A DNA stretch of 64,000 nucleotides from Vulcanimicrobiota bacterium (GCA_963695225.1 OY968762.1:1504001-1568000); one strand, 5' to 3'. Counted from the stretch's first letter, positions 17,624 to 27,586 are shown. Notes: generated from the letters alone by a model not told the origin. A program made the numbers and translations.

Positions 17624-19162
17624 ATGCCGAATCGTATGCGAGTCCGTCGAGTCTTGATGTCTCTGGCAGCGGCTGCGCTGCTGATCCCATGCGCGGTCGC
17701 GCGCGGGCCGGTCGCAGGTGCGGCCGACTCGACCGTGAGGATATCGCAAGGCGTCGATCCCGTCACGATGGATCCGCTCAAGCGGACGATCACGCCGACG
17801 ACGAACGCGCAACTCAACCAGTTCGATACGCTCCTGCGGCACGACCGCGACGGCCGGCTCATCGGCTGGCTCGCGGAATCGTACAAACACGTCGCGCCGA
17901 CGGTCTGGGAGTTCAAGCTGCGGCACAACGTCAAGTTCTGGAACGGCGATCCGTTGACGAGCGCGGACGTGAAGTTCACGATCGAGAAGATCAAGGATCC
18001 CGCTGAAGTCTCCGAGCAGACGCCGCGCGTCGCCACGATCGACCACGTCGAGGCGCCCGACCCGTACACGGTCCGGTACGTGACGACGAAGCCGACCGCA
18101 ACGATCCCCGGCTTTCCATGGCTGACGGCGATCGTCGATTCGAAGTATTGGAAAGAGCACGGCGACGCGTACCAAGCCGAGCATCCGATGGGGAGCGGCC
18201 CCTACATGTTCAAGTCGTGGACGAAGGACGAGGAGCTCGACCTCGACGCGAATCCGAACTACTGGCACGGGAAGCCCGCGATCGATCACGTGATCTTCAA
18301 GCCGATCCCCGAGGCTGCCGCGCGCGTCGCGGCGCTACGGACCGGCGAGACCGATCTCATCGTCAACGTCCCGACGCAGAACCTCCCGCTGATCGAGAGC
18401 GGCCCGAATACGAAGCTGGAGAGCGCGCGGAGCGCGCGCGTCCTGTTCGTCGCGTTCAACACGACCAAGCCCGGGCCGCAAACGAACAAGCTGGTGCGCC
18501 AAGCCTTCAACTACGCGATCGACGTCCCGGCGATCATCAAGAACGTGCTCGGCGGGCACGGCTATCCGGTCTCGTCGCCGATCCCCGCGGGCTTCTTCGG
18601 ATACGACGCCAAGATCCCGATGTACCATCACGATCTGGCCAAGGCGAAGGCCTTGCTCGCTCAAGCCGGCTTCCCCGACGGCAAGGGCCTCGAGGTCGTG
18701 CTGCAAGCGCCGGTCGGCCGTTACAACAAGGATAAGGAGATCGCCGAGGCGCTCGCGGGGCAGTTGGGCGAGACGGGCGCGAAGGTCACCACGAACATCC
18801 AAGAGTGGACGATCTACGTCAATCAGACGCGCACGCGCGCGCTGACGCCGATGTACGAACTGGGCTGGGGGAACGACAGCTACGACGCGGACAACACGCT
18901 GACGAGCTTGCTGACGACGGACGCGCCGCTCGCGACCTGGGGGACGCCGGAGACGGACAAGCTGATCTCCGACGCGCGCTTCGAGCTCGATGCGACGAAG
19001 CGCGAGGCGCTCTACGCGAAGGCGCTCGGCATCATCCACGAGGAAGCGCCGTGGCTCTTCCTGTTCCAGTACGAAGATCTGTACGCGACGAGCAAACGTC
19101 TGATCTGGCAGGCGCGCGGCGACGAGTTGATCCTCTGCGACGAAATGAAACTCGCCGGTTGA
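17624..19162 (+). CDS. Peptide/nickel ABC transporter substrate-binding protein (family 5)
   Basis: LAESY...WEFKLRHNVKFWNGDPLTSADVKFT, GSGPY, NPNYW, VRQAFNYAID. Confidence 0.92.
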   Translation: MPNRMRVRRVLMSLAAAALLIPCAVARGPVAGAADSTVRISQGVDPVTMDPLKRTITPTTNAQLNQFDTLLRHDRDGRLIGWLAESYKHVAPTVWEFKLRHNVKFWNGDPLTSADVKFTIEKIKDPAEVSEQTPRVATIDHVEAPDPYTVRYVTTKPTATIPGFPWLTAIVDSKYWKEHGDAYQAEHPMGSGPYMFKSWTKDEELDLDANPNYWHGKPAIDHVIFKPIPEAAARVAALRTGETDLIVNVPTQNLPLIESGPNTKLESARSARVLFVAFNTTKPGPQTNKLVRQAFNYAIDVPAIIKNVLGGHGYPVSSPIPAGFFGYDAKIPMYHHDLAKAKALLAQAGFPDGKGLEVVLQAPVGRYNKDKEIAEALAGQLGETGAKVTTNIQEWTIYVNQTRTRALTPMYELGWGNDSYDADNTLTSLLTTDAPLATWGTPETDKLISDARFELDATKREALYAKALGIIHEEAPWLFLFQYEDLYATSKRLIWQARGDELILCDEMKLAG

Positions 19163-19174
19163 CGCCGGGTTGAC

Positions 19175-20092
19175 GTGACGGCCTACCTCGTCCGCCGTCT
19201 CGTCGGTGCTTTGTGGGTCGTCCTCGGCGTCGCGACGGCCGTCTTCATCATCCTGCATCTCACGGGCGATCCGGCGGCGGTCATGATGCCGCTCGAGGCG
19301 ACAGCGGACCAGGTCGCGGCGTTCCGCCACGAGCAAGGCTTCGACCGCCCGCTGATCGTTCAATACGGAACCTTCATGTTGGCGGCGTCGCACGGCGATT
19401 TCGGCAACTCGCTCCGCCACGGGGAGCCGGCCCTCGGGATCGCGCTGCAACGTTTGCCGGCCTCCGGCGAACTTGCGCTCACGGCGCTCGCGTTGGCGCT
19501 GCTGGTCGCGATTCCGGCGGGGATCCTCGCCGCCGTCCGGCGCAATTCGCCGATCGATCTGGCCGCGCGCGTCTTCGCGCTGATCGGGCAGAGCGCGCCC
19601 GTCTACTGGCTCGCCTTGATGCTGATCCTGGTCTTCGGAGTGCAACTCGGCTGGTTCCCGGTCAGCGGAATCGGTGGAATCCGCCATCTCATCTTGCCGG
19701 CGGTCACGCTCGGGCTCTTCTCGATGGCGAAGATCATGCGCTTGACGCGCAGCGCGATGCTGGACATCCTGCGCAGCGACTACCTGCGCACCGCGCAGGC
19801 GAAGGGCGTGCAACCCCTTCGCCTGATCCTGCATCACGCGCTGCGCAACGCCTGGATACCGATCGTCACGGTCGTCGGCATCGAGCTCGGGACGCTGCTC
19901 TCGCAAGCGATCATCACGGAGACCGTCTTCTCCTGGCCCGGCATCGGCCGGCTCGCGGTCCAGGCGATCTACGATCGCGATTTCCCCGTCGTCGAGGTCG
20001 TCGTGCTGATCGCGGCCGTTTCGTTCGTGCTGATCAACCTCGCGGTCGATCTCAGCTACGCGGCGCTCGATCCGCGAATCCGGTACGACTGA
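19175..20092 (+). CDS. Peptide ABC transporter permease (DppB/OppB-like)
   Basis: GDFGNS, EAA loop DYLRTAQAKG, HALRNA, ETVFSWPGIG, LDPRIR. Confidence 0.92.
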   Translation: MTAYLVRRLVGALWVVLGVATAVFIILHLTGDPAAVMMPLEATADQVAAFRHEQGFDRPLIVQYGTFMLAASHGDFGNSLRHGEPALGIALQRLPASGELALTALALALLVAIPAGILAAVRRNSPIDLAARVFALIGQSAPVYWLALMLILVFGVQLGWFPVSGIGGIRHLILPAVTLGLFSMAKIMRLTRSAMLDILRSDYLRTAQAKGVQPLRLILHHALRNAWIPIVTVVGIELGTLLSQAIITETVFSWPGIGRLAVQAIYDRDFPVVEVVVLIAAVSFVLINLAVDLSYAALDPRIRYD

Positions 20093-20991
20093 TGGCCGCC
20101 GCCGTTCTCCCGGGCGAACTCATCGGAAGCGAAGACGCGCCGCAACGGCGCTCCTTCGCGCGCGAGCTGTTTTCGGGGCCCGCGCCGATCGCGGGCGCCG
20201 CGATCGCCGCGACCGTGCTGCTGTGCGCGATCTTCGCGCCGCTGCTCGCCCCGCACGATCCCAACGCGCAGAATCTAGCGCTCGCGCAGAAGCCGCCGAT
20301 CTGGCTCGCCGGCGGCGAACCCGGGCACGTCCTCGGAACCGACGATCTCGGCCGCGACATCCTCTCGCGCATGATCTGGGGAGCGCGCGTCGCACTGATC
20401 GTCGGCTTTTCGGTCGTCGCGATCGGCGGAACGATCGGCGTGACGGTCGGGCTGATCGCCGGATACGTCGGCGGCCTCGCCGACGACGTGATCGCGCGCT
20501 TCGCCGATATCCAACTCGCGTTTCCGCTCGTCTTGCTCGCGATCGCGGTCGTCGGCGTCGTCGGGCCGAGTCTCTGGACGATCATCGGGACCCTCGGCGT
20601 CACGAGCTGGGTGCAGTACGTGCGCGTCGTGCGCGCCGAGACGATGGCGTTGCGGGACCGCGAGTTCGTGCAGGCGGCGGTCGCAACGGGGCTCTCGCGG
20701 ACGCGCATCATGTTGCGCCACATCCTGCCGAACGTCGCATCGTCGATCAGCGTCCTCGCCACGTTTGAAGTCGCGCGCGCGATCATCTTGGAGAGCGCGC
20801 TCTCGTTCCTCGGCTTGGGCGTCCCACAAGCGATCCCGTCGTGGGGCGCGATGCTCGCCGACGGCCGCCAGTTCCTCGACACGTCGTGGTGGCTCGGCCT
20901 CTTCCCGGGCCTCGCGATCTCGCTGACCGTCCTTGGCGTGAACCTGTTCGGCGACGGCCTCCGCGACGCGCTCGATCCCCGCTCGCGCTAG
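20092..20991 (+). CDS. Peptide ABC transporter permease (DppC/OppC-like)
   Basis: HVLGTDDLGRDILSR, REFVQAA, RHILPN, ESALSFLGLG, NLFGDGLRDALDPR. Confidence 0.92.
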   Translation: MAAAVLPGELIGSEDAPQRRSFARELFSGPAPIAGAAIAATVLLCAIFAPLLAPHDPNAQNLALAQKPPIWLAGGEPGHVLGTDDLGRDILSRMIWGARVALIVGFSVVAIGGTIGVTVGLIAGYVGGLADDVIARFADIQLAFPLVLLAIAVVGVVGPSLWTIIGTLGVTSWVQYVRVVRAETMALRDREFVQAAVATGLSRTRIMLRHILPNVASSISVLATFEVARAIILESALSFLGLGVPQAIPSWGAMLADGRQFLDTSWWLGLFPGLAISLTVLGVNLFGDGLRDALDPRSR

Positions 20992-21007
20992 CTTTGCCCT
21001 GATGCCC

Positions 21008-21159
21008 GCGTCCGGGGCTGGGCAGGGTTCCCCCGCGGGGACGCCCGCGATTTCGCATCCATGCGAAATCGCTACTCGTGCACTTGCCCGCTCTCGCCAT
21101 CCGTGGCTTCGCGGGCAAGCTGCACGCCCCGCGGGGGAACCCTGCCCAGCCCCGGACGC
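21008..21159. repeat. 152-nt nested inverted-repeat element (MITE/REPIN-like or structured RNA)
   Basis: Perfect 33-bp arms 21008-21040 and 21127-21159 enclose two internal hairpins (21047-21072; about 21077-21126). Confidence 0.8.
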
Positions 21160-21217
21160 TACCTGCAGGCGTGCTCTGGCGGGCGCTACCGGCTAGCTTC
21201 AGGTCAGCGCGCTGCGC

Positions 21218-21952
21218 TCAGATGCCGGCGTACCATTCGTAGCCTTGATCTTCCCAATAGCCGCCCTTTCCGCCGCCGACCGGCGCGAACGTGGCGGCGA
21301 GTTCGAGGCGCGCGACCCACTTCGCGCTCTTGTAGCCGAGTTGCGTCGGGACGCGCAGCCGGACGGGCGCGCCGTGCGCGGCGTCGAGCGGCCGGTCGTT
21401 CAGATCGAGCGCGAGGAGCGTCTGCGGGTGCGCCGCCTGCACGAGGTCGAGGCTCTCGTAATATGGATCCCCGTCGGGCGAACGATCGAGGCAGTGGAAG
21501 ATCACGTAGCGCGCCTCGGCCCGCGGCTTCGCGAGCGCCAGCACCGCATGGAGCGGTATCCCGCTCCACTTCCCGATCGCGCTCCAACCCTCGACGCAGT
21601 CGTGCCGCGTGATCTGCGAGAGCGTCCGCATCGCGCGCAGTTGCGCGAGGTCGAGCGCTTGCGGATGCTCGACCGCGCCGTCGACGGCGAGCCGGTAGCG
21701 CGCGAACCCCTCGGCGGCGAGCGCGCGATAGCCGGCATCGCCCGGCGGATCGAATCCGTTCGTGCGGAAATCGCGATCGATGTCTGCCTCGGCGTAGAGT
21801 TTCGCGCGGCCGCGCGTCCCGATCACCGCGTGGTTGAGGCTCTCGGCCGCCGTCAACAGGCCGTGCACCGGACCTTCGTTGAGGGCGTTCGTCGCCTGCG
21901 CGCAACCGGCGAGCGACGCGAGCGACGTCGCGACGAAGAGCTTGCGTTTCAT
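21218..21952 (-). CDS. Molybdopterin-dependent oxidoreductase (sulfite oxidase/MsrP-like)
   Basis: QITRHDCVEGWS (Mo-ligating Cys), HGAPVRLRVPTQLGYKSAKW, GYWEDQGY; N-terminal LASLAGC lipobox. Confidence 0.88.
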   Translation of the reverse strand: MKRKLFVATSLASLAGCAQATNALNEGPVHGLLTAAESLNHAVIGTRGRAKLYAEADIDRDFRTNGFDPPGDAGYRALAAEGFARYRLAVDGAVEHPQALDLAQLRAMRTLSQITRHDCVEGWSAIGKWSGIPLHAVLALAKPRAEARYVIFHCLDRSPDGDPYYESLDLVQAAHPQTLLALDLNDRPLDAAHGAPVRLRVPTQLGYKSAKWVARLELAATFAPVGGGKGGYWEDQGYEWYAGI

Positions 21953-22761
21953 GCCCCGGTCCCTTCGTACTTCCCCGGGCGATAGCGCCCGTCGATCATC
22001 GAACGCAGATTGTTGGCGACACCGGTCGAGGCAACCAAGAACAGGTGGACGCCGAAGAATCCGACGAGCGCGAGCGTGAAGACGAAGTGCCAAAGGCGCG
22101 CGAACTGTCGTCCGCCCATGAGCGTCGTCAGCGGCCCGAACAGCGCATCGACCCCGGGCGAGAGCGCGAGCCCGCTCAGGACGATCGCCGGGGCGAACAC
22201 GAACAACACGAGCGTGTACGCCGCCTTCTGCATGGGATTGTACTTCCCGTGCGGCGGCGGCTCGGGTCGCAGGCGCAGATAGTACAATTGCATCGGGAGC
22301 AGCTTCGGAATGTCCGAAGGCCGCAGCACGAGCAACGCGAGATCCCTGCGCGCGACGCCCGCGACGAAATACGCCGCGCCGGCAACCGTCATCACCCAGG
22401 CGAAGAACAGATGCCAGCGCCGGCCGTCGGCAAGCGATTGGTACCCCGGCAGCGTGATCCAGCCGGGAAAGGCGCGGACCGCTTCGCCGCCCATCCCGTC
22501 GCTCGTGTAGCCCAAGACGTGCGTCGTCGTGAACTCGCGGTCGAAGACGCGCGTGACGCCGACCGGGGTTCCGTCATCGCCGGTGCGCGCGCCGATCGCC
22601 AGAACCCGGCGAGCGGGATCGCTCTTATCGGAGGCGTCGAGTTGCGGCGACGCGTTGAAGATCTGCAGGCCGCTCATCACGAGCACGACGAACGCCAAGG
22701 CGAAAGCCCAATGCGTGAGCCTGGTGACGAGCGAGTGCCGGTAGACCAGGCGCTCCTTCAT
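21949..22761 (-). CDS. Cytochrome b/b6 domain membrane partner
   Basis: RLTHW...SGLQIFN, RRWHLFFAW, KYNPMQKAAY, ARLWHF...HL. Confidence 0.88.
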   Translation of the reverse strand: MKERLVYRHSLVTRLTHWAFALAFVVLVMSGLQIFNASPQLDASDKSDPARRVLAIGARTGDDGTPVGVTRVFDREFTTTHVLGYTSDGMGGEAVRAFPGWITLPGYQSLADGRRWHLFFAWVMTVAGAAYFVAGVARRDLALLVLRPSDIPKLLPMQLYYLRLRPEPPPHGKYNPMQKAAYTLVLFVFAPAIVLSGLALSPGVDALFGPLTTLMGGRQFARLWHFVFTLALVGFFGVHLFLVASTGVANNLRSMIDGRYRPGKYEGTGA

Positions 22762-22832
22762 GGGCGCATCGTACCACGCCGGCCCGATCGCTTCTGTAAG
22801 GGAGCCGACGCATCTGCGCGAAGTGCCACGGA

Positions 22833-23615
22833 ATGGAGACTACGACGGTCAAGGTCCTTCGAGACGGTGCGATCGCGCACGTCGTTCTGGCCCGCCCCGA
22901 GGTGCGTAACGCCTTCAACTCCGAACTGATCGCGACGCTCCATCGCACGTTCGACGCACTCGCCGGGGATGCGAGCGTGCGGACGATCGTCCTTGCCGGC
23001 GAGGGCAGGACGTTCTGCGGCGGAGCGGACATCGGCTGGATGCGCGACTCGCTCGATCTGCCCACCGAGCAGAACGTCGAAGATGCGCGCGCGATGTCGC
23101 GAATGTTGCGGGCGATCGACCGCATCGGCAAACCGACGATCGCGCGCATCCACGGAGCGGCGCTCGGCGGCGGGATTGGGCTCGCTGCGGTCTGCGATAT
23201 TGCGATCGCCGCCGCCGACGCCGTCTTCGGCTTCACGGAGACCAAGCTCGGGATTCTCCCGGCCGTGATCTCGCCGTTCGTCCTCGCGAAGATCGGGAGC
23301 TCGCACGCGCGCGCGCTCGCGCTGACCGGCGAGCGTTTCGACGCGCAGCGCGCGCTTTCGATCGGTCTCGTGCACGAAGTCGTACCCCCGGAGGCGCTCA
23401 CCGCCGCCGTCGGGCGAGTCTGCCGCGAGATCGCGAGCGCCAGCCCGGCGGGAATCGCTGCCGCTAAAGCGCTGTTCGCCGCCGTAGCGGAATCGTCGTA
23501 CGACGAGTCCCTCGAAACGACCGCACGGGCGATCGCGACTCAGCGCACGAGCCCCGAAGGGCAAGAGGGCTTGCGCGCGTTCCTCGAACACCGCCCCGCA
23601 GCGTGGTCGCGTTGA
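22833..23615 (+). CDS. liuC: Enoyl-CoA hydratase, probably methylglutaconyl-CoA hydratase
   Basis: RPEVRNAF, FCGGADIGWM, ALGGGIGL, ETKLGILPAVISPFV, EGQEGLRAFLE. Confidence 0.85.
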   Translation: METTTVKVLRDGAIAHVVLARPEVRNAFNSELIATLHRTFDALAGDASVRTIVLAGEGRTFCGGADIGWMRDSLDLPTEQNVEDARAMSRMLRAIDRIGKPTIARIHGAALGGGIGLAAVCDIAIAAADAVFGFTETKLGILPAVISPFVLAKIGSSHARALALTGERFDAQRALSIGLVHEVVPPEALTAAVGRVCREIASASPAGIAAAKALFAAVAESSYDESLETTARAIATQRTSPEGQEGLRAFLEHRPAAWSR

Positions 23616-25558
23616 CGGAGCGGCCGATCCGCCGGCTCCTCATCGCGAACCGCGGGGAGATCGCAGTGCGCATCGCGCGCGCGGCGCGCGAAGCGGGGAT
23701 CGCCCCGCTCGGCGTTTATTCGGAGGCGGATCGCACGGCCTATCATCGTACCGCGATGGAGGCGGACGCCTGCATCGGCCCGGCGGAGGCTCGCGCATCC
23801 TATCTGAACGCGGATGCGATCTTGGCGGCGGCGCACGATCTCGGCGCCGATGCGATCCACCCCGGGTACGGGTTCCTTTCCGAACGCGCGCCGTTCGCGC
23901 GCGCGGTTCGCGAGGCGGGATTCATCTTCGTGGGGCCTTCGCCGGAAGCGATCGCCGCGATGGGCGACAAGATCGAGGCGAAACGGCGCGTGCGCGCCCA
24001 CGGCGTGCCGGTCGTTCCCGGTTACGACGGCGACGACCGTTCCCGGGAACGGCTACGCAGCGAAGCCGCCGCGATCGGGATGCCGCTCTTGATCAAGGCG
24101 AGCGCCGGCGGCGGCGGGCGCGGAATGCGCGTCGTCACCGGCCTCGCGCAATTCGACGAAGCGCTCGACGCGGCGCAGCGCGAGGCGCAGGCGGCCTTCG
24201 GCGATGCGACGGTGCTGCTCGAACGGTATCTCGCGCGGCCGCGCCACATCGAGTTCCAGATCCTCGCCGACGCGCACGGCACAACGCTTCACTTCGGCGA
24301 GCGCGAGTGTTCGATCCAGCGCCGCCATCAGAAGGTCATCGAGGAGGCGCCCTCCGTCGCGCTCACGCCGGCCTTGCGTGCGGAGATGGGTGCGGCCGCC
24401 GTGCGCGCCGCGCGCGCCGTCGGGTATACGAATGCGGGGACCGTCGAGTTCTTGCTGGATGACCTGGGCCGTTTCTACTTTCTCGAGATGAACGCGCGCC
24501 TGCAGGTCGAGCATCCCGTCACCGAAGCCGTCTACGGCGTCGATCTCGTGCGTTGGCAATTGCGCATTGCCGCGGGCGAAGCGCTCGACCTCGCGCAGGC
24601 CGATATCGTTCCGCGCGGCTGGGCGATCGAAGCGCGCATCTGCGCGGAGGACCCGGCCACGGGGTACCTCCCCGCGAGCGGAACGCTCGCACGCTGGGAG
24701 CCGCCGAACGGCCCGGGGTTGCGCGTCGATTCGGGCGTCGTCAGCGGCGGCGACGTCTCGATCCACTACGATTCGATGCTCGCGAAGCTGATCGCGTGGG
24801 GCCCCGACCGCCCGAGCGCAATCGCGCGGCTCACGGGAGCGCTCCAGACGTTCGAGATCGCCGGCGTGCCGACGAACGTCCCGCTCGAACTCGCCGTCTT
24901 GCGCGATCCCGCGTTCGCCGCAGGGGAAACGTCGACGGCGTTCCTCGCAGAGCGGCCGGACTTCATGCATCCGCCGCCGCACGAAGAGCCCGAGGCGGCG
25001 CGCCTGCTCGCGATAGCCGCCATCGCGCTCGACCGGCGCGCCTGGCGCGTCGGCAGCATCGGGATCCCGATCGTTCTGCAAGGCGCCGGCGCAGCGTGCG
25101 CGGTGACGCTCTCGCGCAGCGAGGACGGCGTGCATTGGATCGTCGAGGGCGGCCTCACCGCGACGTTCGCGCTCGAGGAGGCGGCGGGGCGGCTCGCGCT
25201 CGATCTCGGCCGGTGCATCGTGCGCGGGCACGCGCGTTTCGAAGGCGGCGAGGCCGTCGTCGATTACGACGGCGCGCGCTACCGCTTCGGCCTCGGAGCG
25301 CCGCCGCAGCTCGGTGCAACGCAAACGCACGCCCCCGCCGGAGCGCCCGGCGCCGTCCTGGCGCCGATGCACGGGAAGATCGTCGCCGTCGTGGTCGAGC
25401 CGGGGGATACGGTCGCCGAGCGAGATCTGCTCGTAGTCCTCGAAGCGATGAAGATGGAGCACCGGATCGAAGCGGTCCATGCCGGGACGGTGAAGACGGT
25501 CGGCGTCGCGCCGGGCGCGATGGTCGCAGCGGGAGCGCTGCTCGTCGACATCGTCTGA
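23603..25558 (+). CDS. liuD: 3-methylcrotonyl-CoA carboxylase alpha (biotin carboxylase + biotin carrier)
   Basis: IANRGEIA, HPGYGFLSE, GGGGRGMR, RECSIQRRHQK, EMNARLQVEH, biotinylation motif EAMKM. Confidence 0.9.
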   Translation: MVALTERPIRRLLIANRGEIAVRIARAAREAGIAPLGVYSEADRTAYHRTAMEADACIGPAEARASYLNADAILAAAHDLGADAIHPGYGFLSERAPFARAVREAGFIFVGPSPEAIAAMGDKIEAKRRVRAHGVPVVPGYDGDDRSRERLRSEAAAIGMPLLIKASAGGGGRGMRVVTGLAQFDEALDAAQREAQAAFGDATVLLERYLARPRHIEFQILADAHGTTLHFGERECSIQRRHQKVIEEAPSVALTPALRAEMGAAAVRAARAVGYTNAGTVEFLLDDLGRFYFLEMNARLQVEHPVTEAVYGVDLVRWQLRIAAGEALDLAQADIVPRGWAIEARICAEDPATGYLPASGTLARWEPPNGPGLRVDSGVVSGGDVSIHYDSMLAKLIAWGPDRPSAIARLTGALQTFEIAGVPTNVPLELAVLRDPAFAAGETSTAFLAERPDFMHPPPHEEPEAARLLAIAAIALDRRAWRVGSIGIPIVLQGAGAACAVTLSRSEDGVHWIVEGGLTATFALEEAAGRLALDLGRCIVRGHARFEGGEAVVDYDGARYRFGLGAPPQLGATQTHAPAGAPGAVLAPMHGKIVAVVVEPGDTVAERDLLVVLEAMKMEHRIEAVHAGTVKTVGVAPGAMVAAGALLVDIV

Positions 25559-25600
25559 GCGCGGGGAACCCTTCGGGGCGCGCGAAGGGTCGATGGGAGC

Positions 25601-26533
25601 ATGGGTACGAGCGTTCTCTCCGGCCTGCCGAAGCGCGTGACGATCTGCGAGGTCGGGCCGCGCGACGGCCTGCAGATCGAGCCCGGTTTCGTTTCGACGG
25701 CCGAGAAGATCCGCTATATCGATTTGCTCGCGCAAAGCGGCTTGAGGCTGATCGAAGCGGCCTCCTTCGTGCATCCCAAGCTCGTCCCCCAGATGGCCGA
25801 CGCGGCCGACGTGCTGGCGGGGATAGCGAAGCCGCCGGGCGTGCGCTTCCTCGTGCTGACGCCGAACGTGCGCGGCTTCGAGCGCGCGCAAGCCGCCGGT
25901 GCCCGCGCGATCGCCGTCTTCACGGCCGCCTCCGAAACGTTCGCGAAGCGCAACATCAACATGACGATCGACGAATCGCTCGCCGTCGCCCGCGACGTCC
26001 TCGCCGCGGCGCGCGAGAACGGCATCTTCACGCGCGCCTCGATCTCGACGAGCTTCGGCTGCCCGTACGAAGGCGCCGTCCCCGTCGCGAACGTCGTGCG
26101 GGTCGCGCGCGCGCTGCTCGAACTCGGTGCCGACGAACTCTCGATCGCTGACACGATCGGCGTCGGGACGCCGAATCAAGTCGTCGACGTGGTCACGGCT
26201 CTGCAGCCGCACGTCCCGCTCGAACGGATCGGGATGCATTTCCACGACACGCGCGGGACGGCGCTAGCGAACGTGCTCGCCGCGCTGCAACTCGGGATCG
26301 CGAGCTTCGATTCGTCGAGCGGCGGACTCGGAGGGTGTCCGTTCGCGCCCGGCGCGACCGGGAACGTCGCGACGGAAGACGTTCTCTATCTGCTCCACGG
26401 CATGGGGATCGATACCGGCGTCGATCTCGAACGCGTCCGCGACGCATCGCGGTACATCGCGGGCGTCCTCGGGCGCCCGCTCGCCTCGCGCGCGTTCGCC
26501 GCGCTCGAAGCCCAGCGCGCGCGGAGCGCTTAA
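25601..26533 (+). CDS. liuE: Hydroxymethylglutaryl-CoA lyase
   Basis: EVGPRDGLQ, FGCPYEG, ADTIG, HFHDTRG, GLGGCPFAPGATGN. Confidence 0.93.
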   Translation: MGTSVLSGLPKRVTICEVGPRDGLQIEPGFVSTAEKIRYIDLLAQSGLRLIEAASFVHPKLVPQMADAADVLAGIAKPPGVRFLVLTPNVRGFERAQAAGARAIAVFTAASETFAKRNINMTIDESLAVARDVLAAARENGIFTRASISTSFGCPYEGAVPVANVVRVARALLELGADELSIADTIGVGTPNQVVDVVTALQPHVPLERIGMHFHDTRGTALANVLAALQLGIASFDSSSGGLGGCPFAPGATGNVATEDVLYLLHGMGIDTGVDLERVRDASRYIAGVLGRPLASRAFAALEAQRARSA

Positions 26534-26546
26534 GTTCCTTTACATC

Positions 26547-27335
26547 TTAGGCGAAGAGCGCCGAGAATTCGGGGATCGTCATCCCGACGTTCGCTCCGCG
26601 CGAGCGCGCGACCACGTTGATGCGCGAGATGCGGCCGGTCTCCCACGTCGAACGCGCCTCGCCGATCCGCGCGCTCTGGGCATCGACCACCGCCGCGGCA
26701 ATGCCTCGCGCCGCGAGCGGCGCGAGGCGCGAGATCCCCGCGTCGTCGATGCCGATTCCGGCATCGTTGAAAACGATCGCGAGCGCCTCGCCGCGGAGCG
26801 CCGATTCCGGGTTTCCGCCGAGCAAGCCGCCGTGCGAGCCCGTAACCACGACGGAATGCGCATCTTCGGGAAGGACGAGCGAGACGGAATCGACGCCGAC
26901 GATCTTCGGCGTCCCCGGCCCGTCGCGGATCGAGAAGCGCGCCTCCTCGTACGGCCGAAGCTCGAGTTCCGGCGCCGGCAGGCTCATCATCAATTCCGCG
27001 CATTCGCGCGCCGTCTGGCCGGGCGCGCAGCCCAGCGTCCCCGCAACCGCGTTGACGAAACTGATTCGGCCGCGGGCCAGCATGTCGCGCCCGTCGCCGA
27101 TGCGCGCGGTCCGATAGTCGACCGTCGCCGCCGCAGTCGAAAACGCATCGAGATAGGCGATCCCCGCAGTCCCCGCGTGATCGAGCCCGACGCCGGCATC
27201 GTTGAGGATCACGCCGCGTACGCCGGCGCGGGCCGCGAGATACGCGGCATAGACGCCGCCGTGCGACCCGGCGACGAGGACCGTTCCCCGGCATTCGGGG
27301 CCGAGCTTCGTGACGGTGTCGACGACGTGCATCAT
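26547..27335 (-). CDS. Hypothetical protein with two tandem copies of an uncharacterised domain
   Basis: GSHGG...NDAG(V/I)G.D.AG...ARIG...GRIS..N occurs twice. Confidence 0.8.
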   Translation of the reverse strand: MMHVVDTVTKLGPECRGTVLVAGSHGGVYAAYLAARAGVRGVILNDAGVGLDHAGTAGIAYLDAFSTAAATVDYRTARIGDGRDMLARGRISFVNAVAGTLGCAPGQTARECAELMMSLPAPELELRPYEEARFSIRDGPGTPKIVGVDSVSLVLPEDAHSVVVTGSHGGLLGGNPESALRGEALAIVFNDAGIGIDDAGISRLAPLAARGIAAAVVDAQSARIGEARSTWETGRISRINVVARSRGANVGMTIPEFSALFA

Positions 27336-27586
27336 TTCAGCACCGGCCGATCCCCGCGCTCGTGCGCCGGATAGCTAGCCACGATCTTCACGTCCCCCGA
27401 GGCGGCGTCGTTCACGACGAAAAGCGCAGATGCGAACCGGCCTTTCGAGTTCGCCGAGCGCGATGCTCCACCCGCTCCGCCGCGCTCGAGACGGCTCCGG
27501 CCGGTCACGCCCTCGCCTGGGCGCTCGAGATTTGGGGTATTCGGGTCTCACGAACTCCACGCAGCAAATCATTGAGGGAGGCGCCG

